This document shows positions 47,345-55,010 of a stretch of DNA of 62,392 bases, in pieces. A program made the position numbers and the translations under genes. Origin of the DNA: a bacterium (GTDB taxonomy: Bacteria; JAHJDO01); NCBI GenBank assembly GCA_018812485.1, contig JAHJDO010000005.1:1-62392 (forward strand), written 5' to 3'. Within the stretch, counting starts at the first letter, position 1. Every line of letters starts with the position of its first letter. The notes below the pieces were generated by a model that made no database searches, had not been told where the DNA came from, and saw nothing but the letters and a program-made list of their open reading frames with translations.

Positions 47345-47686
47345 ATGATTCTTGAAAAAGGTGAGAAAGTTCATATTATTGAACGCAGATATTTCCCTGA
47401 TGATGTGCGAAGACATTTCTGCGGTGAAGTAATAGATTTAGCTGAACACCTTCTCAGGGTAGCAGGTAATGTTTGGGCATGGGATGCTCGGATCAATCAG
47501 TTTACAAAAAGAGAAAGTAAAAGAGAGCGTGTTTTTTGTCTGGGCGATAGGTTAACAATCAACATCCTGCCCAGAGAAGCTGACCTGGAGAATGTTATAT
47601 ATATCTATGATAAAAATAGAGGACATATAGCGACTGATGGTAAGTCTTTTTCACTTAATATTACTGAGTTTAGTATTATAATATAG
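47345..47686 (+). CDS. Hypothetical protein
   Basis: 113 aa with a strong AAGGAGA Shine-Dalgarno. I recognise no family. Confidence 0.5.
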   Translation: MILEKGEKVHIIERRYFPDDVRRHFCGEVIDLAEHLLRVAGNVWAWDARINQFTKRESKRERVFCLGDRLTINILPREADLENVIYIYDKNRGHIATDGKSFSLNITEFSIII

Positions 47687-47728
47687 TCGGATGAAACAAA
47701 AAATAATTTAAAAAGAGTAAAAGAAGCG

Positions 47729-48196
47729 ATGACAGTAGTATTAGAAACCAACCAGGGAATAATCGAAATTAAGCTAATGCCGGATATAGCCCCAAAGACT
47801 TGTGAGAATTTCCTTGGGCTTATAGAACGCGGCTATTATGATGGACTTATTTTCCACCGTGTAATCAAGGGCTTTATGATTCAGGGCGGAGACCCTACCG
47901 GAACAGGTACAGGTGGCGAGTCCATTTGGGGTAAGCCATTTAAAGATGAAGTGTGTAAGGAAGTTGGGTTTGATAAGCCCGGACTTTTGGCTATGGCTAA
48001 TGCCGGTCCAGGGACAAACGGCAGTCAGTTTTTTATTACAGTAGCCAAGACACCATGGCTGAATATGCACCACACTATTTTCGGTGAGGTAACATCAGGC
48101 TATGATGTTGTCGAGAAATTAGAAAACACACCCACAGGTCAGGCCAGCAAGCCAACTACTGAACAGAAGATTATCAAGGCCTACTTAAAGAAATAA
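47729..48196 (+). CDS. ppiB: Peptidyl-prolyl cis-trans isomerase, cyclophilin type
   Basis: FHRVIKGFMIQGGDPTGTGTGGESIWG and NGSQFFIT motifs. Confidence 0.93.
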   Translation: MTVVLETNQGIIEIKLMPDIAPKTCENFLGLIERGYYDGLIFHRVIKGFMIQGGDPTGTGTGGESIWGKPFKDEVCKEVGFDKPGLLAMANAGPGTNGSQFFITVAKTPWLNMHHTIFGEVTSGYDVVEKLENTPTGQASKPTTEQKIIKAYLKK

Positions 48197-48309
48197 CTCA
48201 GAACGATTCGACTACCCTACCCCAACATCCATAGTCAGGTAGTTTTAGCCACTCCATATTTTGCCTGCCTGTTCCCTAGGTGAAAATTTCCTGCTATAAT
48301 ACCCCCGCT

Positions 48310-48399
48310 ATGAAAGTATATATCAAAACATTCGGCTGCCCGTATGCGCAAGTACCGACTGATGATTCTGGAGCTTTTAAAGAAATTAAATACTTGTGA
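48310..48399 (+). pseudogene. Possible N-terminal relic of a RimO/MiaB-type methylthiotransferase
   Basis: MKVYIKTFGCPYAQVPTDDSG resembles MKVYIxTLGCPKNxVDSE. The ORF stops after 29 codons. Confidence 0.3.
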
Positions 48400-48474
48400 G
48401 TGAAAGGATTAGATAAATACTGACACACAAATATTACATATAGTGTAATAAAAATGTTTATTCTGGAAAAATTG

Positions 48475-48503
48475 TTGACATATTCGTATAAAGTGCATAC
48501 ACT
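48475..48503 (+). promoter_or_regulatory. sigma70-type promoter of the abiE operon
   Basis: TTGACA at 48475-48480, a 17-nt spacer, and TACACT at 48498-48503. GGAGA Shine-Dalgarno at 48530-48534 and ATG at 48539. A 7-bp inverted repeat TATTACA/TGTAATA lies at 48432-48450. Confidence 0.55.
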
Positions 48504-48538
48504 TATTCGCAAGTAGTAACAATTTATACGGAGAACCT

Positions 48539-49141
48539 ATGGAACAAAAAACAGAGAGAATGCTCGGCTATTTCAAAAAGCATGGTGGCATTGCGCGCTT
48601 TTCTTCAATTATAAAATCAGGATTTCATCCAGACACGCTTAGTGCACTTGAGAAAGAAGGTAAAATAGAGAAGATTGCCAGGGGACTTTACCGGATGGCT
48701 CATTATACGTTTGGATCTTATCCTGATCTTGTTAGTGCTTCTCTTCAAGCTCCAAGAGGAATCGTTTGTCTTGTGTCAGCTCTTGCTTTTCATGAAGCAA
48801 CAAACGAGATACCCAGGTATGTAGATATTGCAATCCCGGAAGGGACTCGTGCCAATAGAATCAAGTATCCTCCAATACGATTTTATCGTTTTTCAATTAA
48901 AACTTGGAATGCCGGTATTGAAATACATCAAACTGAAGGGCATAAAATCAGAGTTTATAACCTTGCCAAAACGATAGCTGATTGTTTTAAGTTTCGCAAT
49001 AGAATAGGTATAAATGTTGCAAGGGATGCACTTAAGACAGCGATTACCGAGAAGGACATAACTCCACAGGATATAATGGAATATGCTAAGATCTGCCGTG
49101 TGCATAAAATCATTCAGCCAATACTTGAAACAATGATATGA
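48539..49141 (+). CDS. abiEi: AbiEi-family antitoxin/transcriptional regulator (type IV TA)
   Basis: N-terminal wHTH pattern ALEKEGKIEKIARGLYRM. About 200 aa, and its stop overlaps the downstream toxin gene (ATGA). Confidence 0.75.
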   Translation: MEQKTERMLGYFKKHGGIARFSSIIKSGFHPDTLSALEKEGKIEKIARGLYRMAHYTFGSYPDLVSASLQAPRGIVCLVSALAFHEATNEIPRYVDIAIPEGTRANRIKYPPIRFYRFSIKTWNAGIEIHQTEGHKIRVYNLAKTIADCFKFRNRIGINVARDALKTAITEKDITPQDIMEYAKICRVHKIIQPILETMI

Positions 49142-50055
49142 AAAAAGATATTAAGAATATAGAAGCTTCAATTAAAGCCCAGCTTCAGAATAAAGCAAAA
49201 GAAACGAATCGCCCATTTTCTGAAGTTCTCCAATATTATGGAATGGAAAGATTTCTTTATCGCTTTAGCCAATCCAAATATGCGGATAAATTTATTTTGA
49301 AAGGCGCACTTATGTTTACAGTGTGGCAGGTGCCAGAACGAAGGGCAACTCTTGATATAGATTTTGCGGCAAACTATGACAACCAAATAGAAGCCATTGA
49401 GAAGGTCATAAAAGACGTTTGCAAGGTATCAGTAACTCCAGATGGACTTATCTTTGATGTGTCGACAGTTAAGGGTCAGAAGATAAAAGAGGATGCGGAT
49501 TATGAAGGTGTACGTGTTAAATTTAAAGGCTTTTTAGAACGATCACGTATCTCGATGCAGATTGATGCAGGTTTCGGCGATATCATCTATCCCAAGCCCA
49601 AAGTTATTGAATATCCCACTATTTTAGATTTTCCAAAGCCTAAGCTTAAAGGATATCCTGCGGAGAGTGTTGTCAGTGAGAAATTTGAGGCTATGGTAAA
49701 ACTTGGCCTTCTCAATAGCCGTATGAAAGATTTCCATGATATTTGGCTTATGATGCGTCAGTTTGATTTTAATGGTTCCAAGCTTACCGAGGCACTGAAA
49801 AGAACCTTTGAACATCGTAAGACTTCACTTCCTGTGGATAGGCCGTTATTTGCCGAAGAAATTTACGATGAAAAATCCGACCGTCAGATGTTATGGAAGG
49901 CTTTTCTGATAAAAGGACAAATCAAACATGCACCGGAGAAATTGAGTGTTACGGCTAAAGCTATTGAAGAATTTCTTATTAAACCACTTGAAGCGATTAA
50001 TAAAGATATTGTGTTTAACAAAAAATGGAAAGTTTCCGGACAATGGTTTACGTAG
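49138..50055 (+). CDS. abiEii: AbiEii/AbiGii-family nucleotidyltransferase toxin (DUF1814)
   Basis: FILKGALMF...RATLDIDF nucleotidyltransferase motifs, about 305 aa, translationally coupled to abiEi. Confidence 0.75.
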   Translation: MKKDIKNIEASIKAQLQNKAKETNRPFSEVLQYYGMERFLYRFSQSKYADKFILKGALMFTVWQVPERRATLDIDFAANYDNQIEAIEKVIKDVCKVSVTPDGLIFDVSTVKGQKIKEDADYEGVRVKFKGFLERSRISMQIDAGFGDIIYPKPKVIEYPTILDFPKPKLKGYPAESVVSEKFEAMVKLGLLNSRMKDFHDIWLMMRQFDFNGSKLTEALKRTFEHRKTSLPVDRPLFAEEIYDEKSDRQMLWKAFLIKGQIKHAPEKLSVTAKAIEEFLIKPLEAINKDIVFNKKWKVSGQWFT

Positions 50056-50076
50056 TCCAGCAACAAATGTTACCGA
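50043..50076 (+). repeat. Right copy of the 34-nt direct repeat
   Basis: ATGGTTTACGTAGTCCAGCAACAAATGTTACCGA. It contains the abiEii stop codon (TAG at 50053-50055). Confidence 0.9.
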
Positions 50077-50077
50077 G

Positions 50078-50425
50078 TCAAGACTGGATGCGAATCTACT
50101 AAAACAGGAAAAATTAAGTGGGGTTTTTTCAGATGGATTACTTGCAATTGAGGCATACAGGAAACAGATTATTCCTCTGAGAGATGAAGAAAGAGATTTG
50201 AAAGCCAGAGTTAAAAGGTTTGAGCTAAGCCTTATCGAAAAGGAACGCTCAGAGGAATACAAGAAATTACTTGAGTCAATTGTGAATCATCTTGATACGA
50301 TAGAAGCTGATTTGGACATTGCAGGCAAGAAAGGCATACTGAGACTGGTCTTTAAATCCATCAGGATTAAGAACGGCAGAATAAAGGATTTTGAACTTTA
50401 CAATCCATTCAAAAGCTTATATGAG
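50078..50425 (+). pseudogene. C-terminal tail relic of a large serine recombinase
   Basis: Frame 2 reads ...FSDGLLAIEAYRKQIIPLRDEERDLKARV...KKGILRLVFKSIRIKNGRIKDFELY. This matches the coiled-coil and C-terminal pattern of large serine recombinases. No catalytic or zinc-ribbon domain lies upstream. Confidence 0.45.
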
Positions 50426-50439
50426 GGAGTGAATATAAA

Positions 50440-51603
50440 ATGCCAACTCAAAGAGACAGAACAAGTTATGACAATCCCGGAAAGCGTCTCTACATACGCA
50501 CTTTCGGATGTCAGATGAATAAGCATGATTCTGAGGTGGTTTTGGGACTGCTGTTGAGTCAGGGTTATAAAGCGATAGAAAGCAGGGAAAAAGCTGATGT
50601 TATCTTAGTAAACACCTGTTCTGTGAGAAAACATGCTGAAGATAAGGTATACAGCATGCTGGGAGAACTGACAAAAATCAAGAAAGATAGACCTGACTTA
50701 GTTGTTGGAGTTATGGGCTGTATGGCACAGAAGGATAAAAACGGGATTTTTAAACGCTCTTCAAATGTAGACTTTGTATGCGGTACGCATAATTTTCAGA
50801 GAATACCTAAAATGATAAAAACCGTAGTTGAACAAAAAACAAAAATAGACCTTACTGAGATGGGAAAACAGGTTTTCGTCTCCCCTACTCTGTCTTCCAG
50901 AGAAAGCAAGACTTCTGCATGGGTTTCCATAATGAAGGGCTGTGATAATTTTTGTTCATATTGCATTGTGCCATATGTGAGAGGCAGAGAAGTTTCCAGA
51001 CCTTCAGAGGATATCCTTCAGGAAGTCAAAGAACTTGCTCATGCAGGGTATAAAGAATTAACGCTATTGGGACAAAACGTTAATTCATACGGCAAGGGGC
51101 TGAATGAGAATGTTGATTTCTCCGACCTGCTTGAACTAATTCACAGAATAGAGGGTATTGAATTAATAGACTTTGTAACGTCTCATCCCAAAGACATTCC
51201 CCTTAAACTGATTGATGCTGTAGCGAATCTGGAAAAAGTGAGCAGATACCTTCACTTTCCTCTACAGTCAGGTTCGGATAAGATTCTTCGTTTAATGAAT
51301 AGAGGATATACTCTGTCTCATTATATGGAGATAGTTAATAAACTGAGAGAGAGGATACCTGACATTAGGCTTGGAACGGATATTATTGTGGGATTTCCGG
51401 GAGAAGATGAAGAAGATTTTAATAAAACCTATCAGGCAATGAAAGAAATAGAGTTTGCTCAGGCTTATATGTTTAAATATTCTCCGCGCGAAAGAACAGC
51501 CGCATTCAAGCTCGCAGATGATGTTCCCCAGCAAGTAAAAAAAGAAAGGCTAAATAAAATAATAGAACTTCAGAAATCTATCAGTCAGAAGAAAAAAAAG
51601 TAG
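50440..51603 (+). CDS. miaB: MiaB-type tRNA methylthiotransferase lacking the TRAM domain
   Basis: YIRTFGCQMNKHDSE, NTCSVR, GCMAQ and radical-SAM CDNFCSYC motifs. The ORF ends at ...ELQKSISQKKKK, where the TRAM domain normally begins. Confidence 0.8.
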   Translation: MPTQRDRTSYDNPGKRLYIRTFGCQMNKHDSEVVLGLLLSQGYKAIESREKADVILVNTCSVRKHAEDKVYSMLGELTKIKKDRPDLVVGVMGCMAQKDKNGIFKRSSNVDFVCGTHNFQRIPKMIKTVVEQKTKIDLTEMGKQVFVSPTLSSRESKTSAWVSIMKGCDNFCSYCIVPYVRGREVSRPSEDILQEVKELAHAGYKELTLLGQNVNSYGKGLNENVDFSDLLELIHRIEGIELIDFVTSHPKDIPLKLIDAVANLEKVSRYLHFPLQSGSDKILRLMNRGYTLSHYMEIVNKLRERIPDIRLGTDIIVGFPGEDEEDFNKTYQAMKEIEFAQAYMFKYSPRERTAAFKLADDVPQQVKKERLNKIIELQKSISQKKKK

Positions 51604-51613
51604 TCTGTCGTCT

Positions 51614-52774
51614 TTACTTTCCCATACCTATTTTTTGAGCAACCTGAAAGACTTTTCCTTCTGTCATTATAGCAGGTGCAATAATGATATCCGTTAACTG
51701 CATTTCTTTTATATTTTTAGCTCCAAGATTACCCATTGAAGTTCTTAAAGCGCCTGCAAGATTTTGTGAGCCGTCATCCAAATCTGCAGGACCAACAAGT
51801 ATTTGTTTCAGAGAACCTGTTGTACCTACTTTTATTCTTGTGCCTCTAGGTAAATTAGCATGAGAAGTTGCCATACCCCAGTGAAAGCCCCTGCCAGGAG
51901 CTTCCTTTGCACGTGCCAGAGCAGAGCCAATCATTACTGCGTCTGCGCCGCACGCAAACGCCTTAGCAATATCTCCCCCTAAAGACATGCCTCCATCAGT
52001 GATAATAGGAATGTATTTTCCTGTCTGCTTGTAATAAAAATCCCTTGCTGCTGCACAGTCGCATGTAGCAGTAACCTGTGGAACACCTATTCCTAATACT
52101 CCCCGCGTAGTGCATGCTGCGCCTGGTCCGATCCCAACAAGTATTCCAGCCGCTCCTGTAGCCATAAGCTCAAGAGTCATGGAATAAGTAACGCAATTAC
52201 CTATTATCACAGGAATTTTCATACTCTTACAAAGTTTAGGAAAGTCAGCTGTTTTATATTCGCTGGATATATGCTTTATTGATGTAACTGTCGATTGTAC
52301 AACAAACATATCTGCTCCTGCTTCTTCTGCCAGCTTTCCAAAGCGTTCCGCTTTCTGAGGAATAGATGACACTGCACACAATGCTTTTGCTTTTTTAATA
52401 TCTTTTATCCTTTTAACGATTAAATCTTCTTTTATAGGTTTGTCATAAATTCCTTGAACGAGTTTCGTAGCTCCCTCAGGTGTTGCTTTTGCAATGTCCT
52501 TTAGGATTGATTCAGGATTGTCATATCTTGTCTGAATGCCTTCCAGATTCATGACAGCAAGTCCGCCGAGTCTTGACATCTCGATTGCAAGTTTTGGGTC
52601 AACAACACCATCCATTGCAGCTGCTAGGATGGGGATACTCAGTTTTATATTTCCTATCTCACAATTAATATCCACATCGTTTGGATTAATAGTTAAATTT
52701 CCCGGCACAAGCGCTATTTCATCAAATCCATAGGATCTTCGCGCTTTTCTTCCTCTTCCAATCCACATACCCAT
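51614..52774 (-). CDS. IMP dehydrogenase-family protein without a CBS insert (GuaB3-like)
   Basis: N-terminus [20 protein letters not shown], with [11 protein letters not shown] and [12 protein letters not shown] motifs. 386 aa. AGGAG Shine-Dalgarno. Confidence 0.8.
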   Translation of the reverse strand: MGMWIGRGRKARRSYGFDEIALVPGNLTINPNDVDINCEIGNIKLSIPILAAAMDGVVDPKLAIEMSRLGGLAVMNLEGIQTRYDNPESILKDIAKATPEGATKLVQGIYDKPIKEDLIVKRIKDIKKAKALCAVSSIPQKAERFGKLAEEAGADMFVVQSTVTSIKHISSEYKTADFPKLCKSMKIPVIIGNCVTYSMTLELMATGAAGILVGIGPGAACTTRGVLGIGVPQVTATCDCAAARDFYYKQTGKYIPIITDGGMSLGGDIAKAFACGADAVMIGSALARAKEAPGRGFHWGMATSHANLPRGTRIKVGTTGSLKQILVGPADLDDGSQNLAGALRTSMGNLGAKNIKEMQLTDIIIAPAIMTEGKVFQVAQKIGMGK

Positions 52775-52840
52775 TTCTTTATATCTCCTTTCACATTAGG
52801 CCGTAGTTAAATATTTGGTGAGTCTCGTTGAAAAAATCCA

Positions 52841-52961
52841 AAATTCTAAATCTGAAACTCGAAACAAATTCTAAATTCAAATTTTTAAAATTTAAAACAT
52901 TGTTTTGGTCATTTGTATTTCGGTAATTTGATATTGTTTCGTATTTTGTGCTTCGTGCTTC
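52841..52961. repeat. AT-rich composite repeat / imperfect palindrome
   Basis: AAATTCTAAAT occurs twice (52841-52851 and 52866-52876). The inverted core CGAAACAA (52860-52867) pairs with TTGTTTCG (52934-52941). GTGCTTC occurs in tandem twice (52948-52961). Confidence 0.6.
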
Positions 52962-53023
52962 GAATTTACATTTCTTCATAGTTGGCTATTCTATTTTAAC
53001 ATTACTCAAAAGTCAATTGCACA

Positions 53024-55000
53024 TTATTTTTTTCTATTTCCTTGAGCTTTTAATCTGGAGATTTCGTCTCTTATTTCTGCTGCTTTTTCAAACTCAAGGT
53101 TTTCAGCTGCTCTAACCATTTCTTTCTCCAGTATTTTTATATCTAATATTCCCTTCTTTTGAGCATAAGAAACTTTTTCATCTTTACCAGTTATTGTCAT
53201 CTGTCTTATTTCTTTTTGGATGGTCTTAGGAGTAATCCCGTGCTCTTTATTGAATTTTGTTTGAATTCTTCTCCTGCGTTCGGTCTCACCTATTGCTTTT
53301 TTCATAGATAGAGTCATCTCATCTGCATACATAATAACTGTGCCTGCCACATTACGTGCAGTTCTTCCGATTGTTTGGATAAGAGCCGTTTCTGAACGCA
53401 AAAACCCCTCCTTATCTGCGTCTAATATTACTACCAATGAAACTTCAGGAAGATCAAGTCCCTCTCTAAGTAAGTTTATCCCTACCAGAACGTCGAATTT
53501 CGCGAGTCTAAGATCACGTAATATATCAACTCTCTTTATTGTATCAATCTCAGAATGCAGATATCTGACACGTATTTCATGCTGATTCAGATATTCAGCC
53601 AGGTCCTCCGCCATGCGTTTAGTCAAAGTTGTAACAAGCACCCTCTCTTTTTTGGCAACTCTTTTCTGAATTTCTTTCATAAGATCTTCTATTTGATTCT
53701 CGGTAGGTCTAACTTCCACCTTTGGATCAACCAGACCCGTAGGACGTATAATAAGCTCGACTGTCTGTCCTCCCGAATACCTTCGGGACTTTCGTGACAA
53801 TTCAAGTTCATATTCAGCAGGTGTTGCAGAGACAAATATTACTTGATTTATCATTTTTTCAAATTCAACAAAATTTAAAGGTCTATTATCCAGAGCAGAT
53901 GGTAATCTGAAACCAAAATCAACAAGGGTCTGCTTTCTCGATCTATCTCCCTTATACATGCCTCGTATTTGTGGAATAGAAACATGAGACTCATCAATAA
54001 TCATTAAAAAATCCTTGTTAAAATAGTCAATGAGAGTATAAGGCTTTTCCCCCGGCTTTCTTCCGCTTAAGTGTCTTGAATAATTCTCAATTCCTGCGCA
54101 ATATCCAATTTCACTAAGCATCTCCAGATCATATTTTGTTTTTGTCTCCAAACGCTGTGTTTCAACAAGTTTCCCTTGATTTTTCAAGTCTACTAACCTT
54201 TGCTCTAATTCCTTTTTTATAAATTCTGCTGCAGTTTTAATACGGTTAGATGTCGTAACAAAATGCTTTGCGGGATATATTGCAATTCTGTCAAGATCTG
54301 TTAGCACCTTACCTGTTATATAATCAATTTGGGAGATTTTATCTATTCTATCTCCAAAGAGTTCTATTCTCACAGGAATTTCTTCGTATGAAGGGAAAAT
54401 TTCTATGGTATCGCCTTTTACTCTGAATGTGCCGCGATGAAAGTCAATATCATTACGTTCATACTGAATATCAACAAGTTTTCTCAGAATATGTTCCTGT
54501 TTAAGCTCATCATCCCTCTGAAACATCAACAACAAGTCTTTCCATTCATCAGGAGAACCAAGTCCATATATGCAGGATACACTGGCAACTATAATCACAT
54601 CTTTGCGTGAAAGCAGTGAGCTTGTAGCTGCAAGCCTGAGCCTGTCCAGATCATCATTTATTGAAGCATCTTTTTCTATATATGTATCCGTTTGTGGGAT
54701 ATATGCCTCAGGTTGGTAGTAATCATAATAACTGACAAAGTACTCAACGGCGTTATTGGGAAAAAACATTTTGAATTCTATGTATAGCTGTGCTGCCAGA
54801 GTTTTATTATGAGAAATAACAAGCGTGGGTTTATTTATACTGCGAATAACATTTGCCAGCACAAAGGTCTTACCTGACCCGGTAACGCCAAGAAGAGTCT
54901 GATATTTTTTATTAGTTTTAATTCCCTCTACAAGCTGTCTGATCGCCTTTGGTTGGTCCCCCTTTGGAGAAAAATCAGAAACCAGTTTAAAATGGTCCAT
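53024..55000 (-). CDS. uvrB: Excinuclease ABC subunit B
   Basis: GVTGSGKTF, the beta-hairpin region, helicase motifs and the C-terminal UVR domain ([13 protein letters not shown]). Confidence 0.97.
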   Translation of the reverse strand: MDHFKLVSDFSPKGDQPKAIRQLVEGIKTNKKYQTLLGVTGSGKTFVLANVIRSINKPTLVISHNKTLAAQLYIEFKMFFPNNAVEYFVSYYDYYQPEAYIPQTDTYIEKDASINDDLDRLRLAATSSLLSRKDVIIVASVSCIYGLGSPDEWKDLLLMFQRDDELKQEHILRKLVDIQYERNDIDFHRGTFRVKGDTIEIFPSYEEIPVRIELFGDRIDKISQIDYITGKVLTDLDRIAIYPAKHFVTTSNRIKTAAEFIKKELEQRLVDLKNQGKLVETQRLETKTKYDLEMLSEIGYCAGIENYSRHLSGRKPGEKPYTLIDYFNKDFLMIIDESHVSIPQIRGMYKGDRSRKQTLVDFGFRLPSALDNRPLNFVEFEKMINQVIFVSATPAEYELELSRKSRRYSGGQTVELIIRPTGLVDPKVEVRPTENQIEDLMKEIQKRVAKKERVLVTTLTKRMAEDLAEYLNQHEIRVRYLHSEIDTIKRVDILRDLRLAKFDVLVGINLLREGLDLPEVSLVVILDADKEGFLRSETALIQTIGRTARNVAGTVIMYADEMTLSMKKAIGETERRRRIQTKFNKEHGITPKTIQKEIRQMTITGKDEKVSYAQKKGILDIKILEKEMVRAAENLEFEKAAEIRDEISRLKAQGNRKK

Positions 55001-55010
55001 ATTTCATCAT

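Noticed and set aside
48197-48260. tRNA 3' fragment (TTCGACT, T-loop-like) as an integration target after the cyclophilin gene.
   Set aside because: I tried to pair 5-nt T-stems around both possible T-loop registers, and most positions mismatch. There is no acceptor or CCA context.
48294-48512. 72-aa minus-strand ORF upstream of abiEi.
   Set aside because: It overlaps the abiE promoter and the plus-strand methylthiotransferase-like relic. It has no motifs or RBS.
49946-50518. 190-aa ORF treated as a single real gene.
   Set aside because: Its first third overlaps abiEii out of frame, and its last part overlaps the miaB start. Only the middle (50078-50425) has recombinase-like sequence, so I annotated that part as a relic.
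51592-51650. Frameshift at the A8 run restoring a TRAM domain in MiaB.
   Set aside because: Both alternative frames stop within about 50 nt. They read nothing like a TRAM domain, and the space is occupied by the convergent gene.
52791-52979. 62-aa minus-strand ORF in the uvrB/guaB3 spacer.
   Set aside because: It reads through the AT-rich direct and inverted repeats, giving low-complexity N/F/K-rich sequence. It has no RBS.
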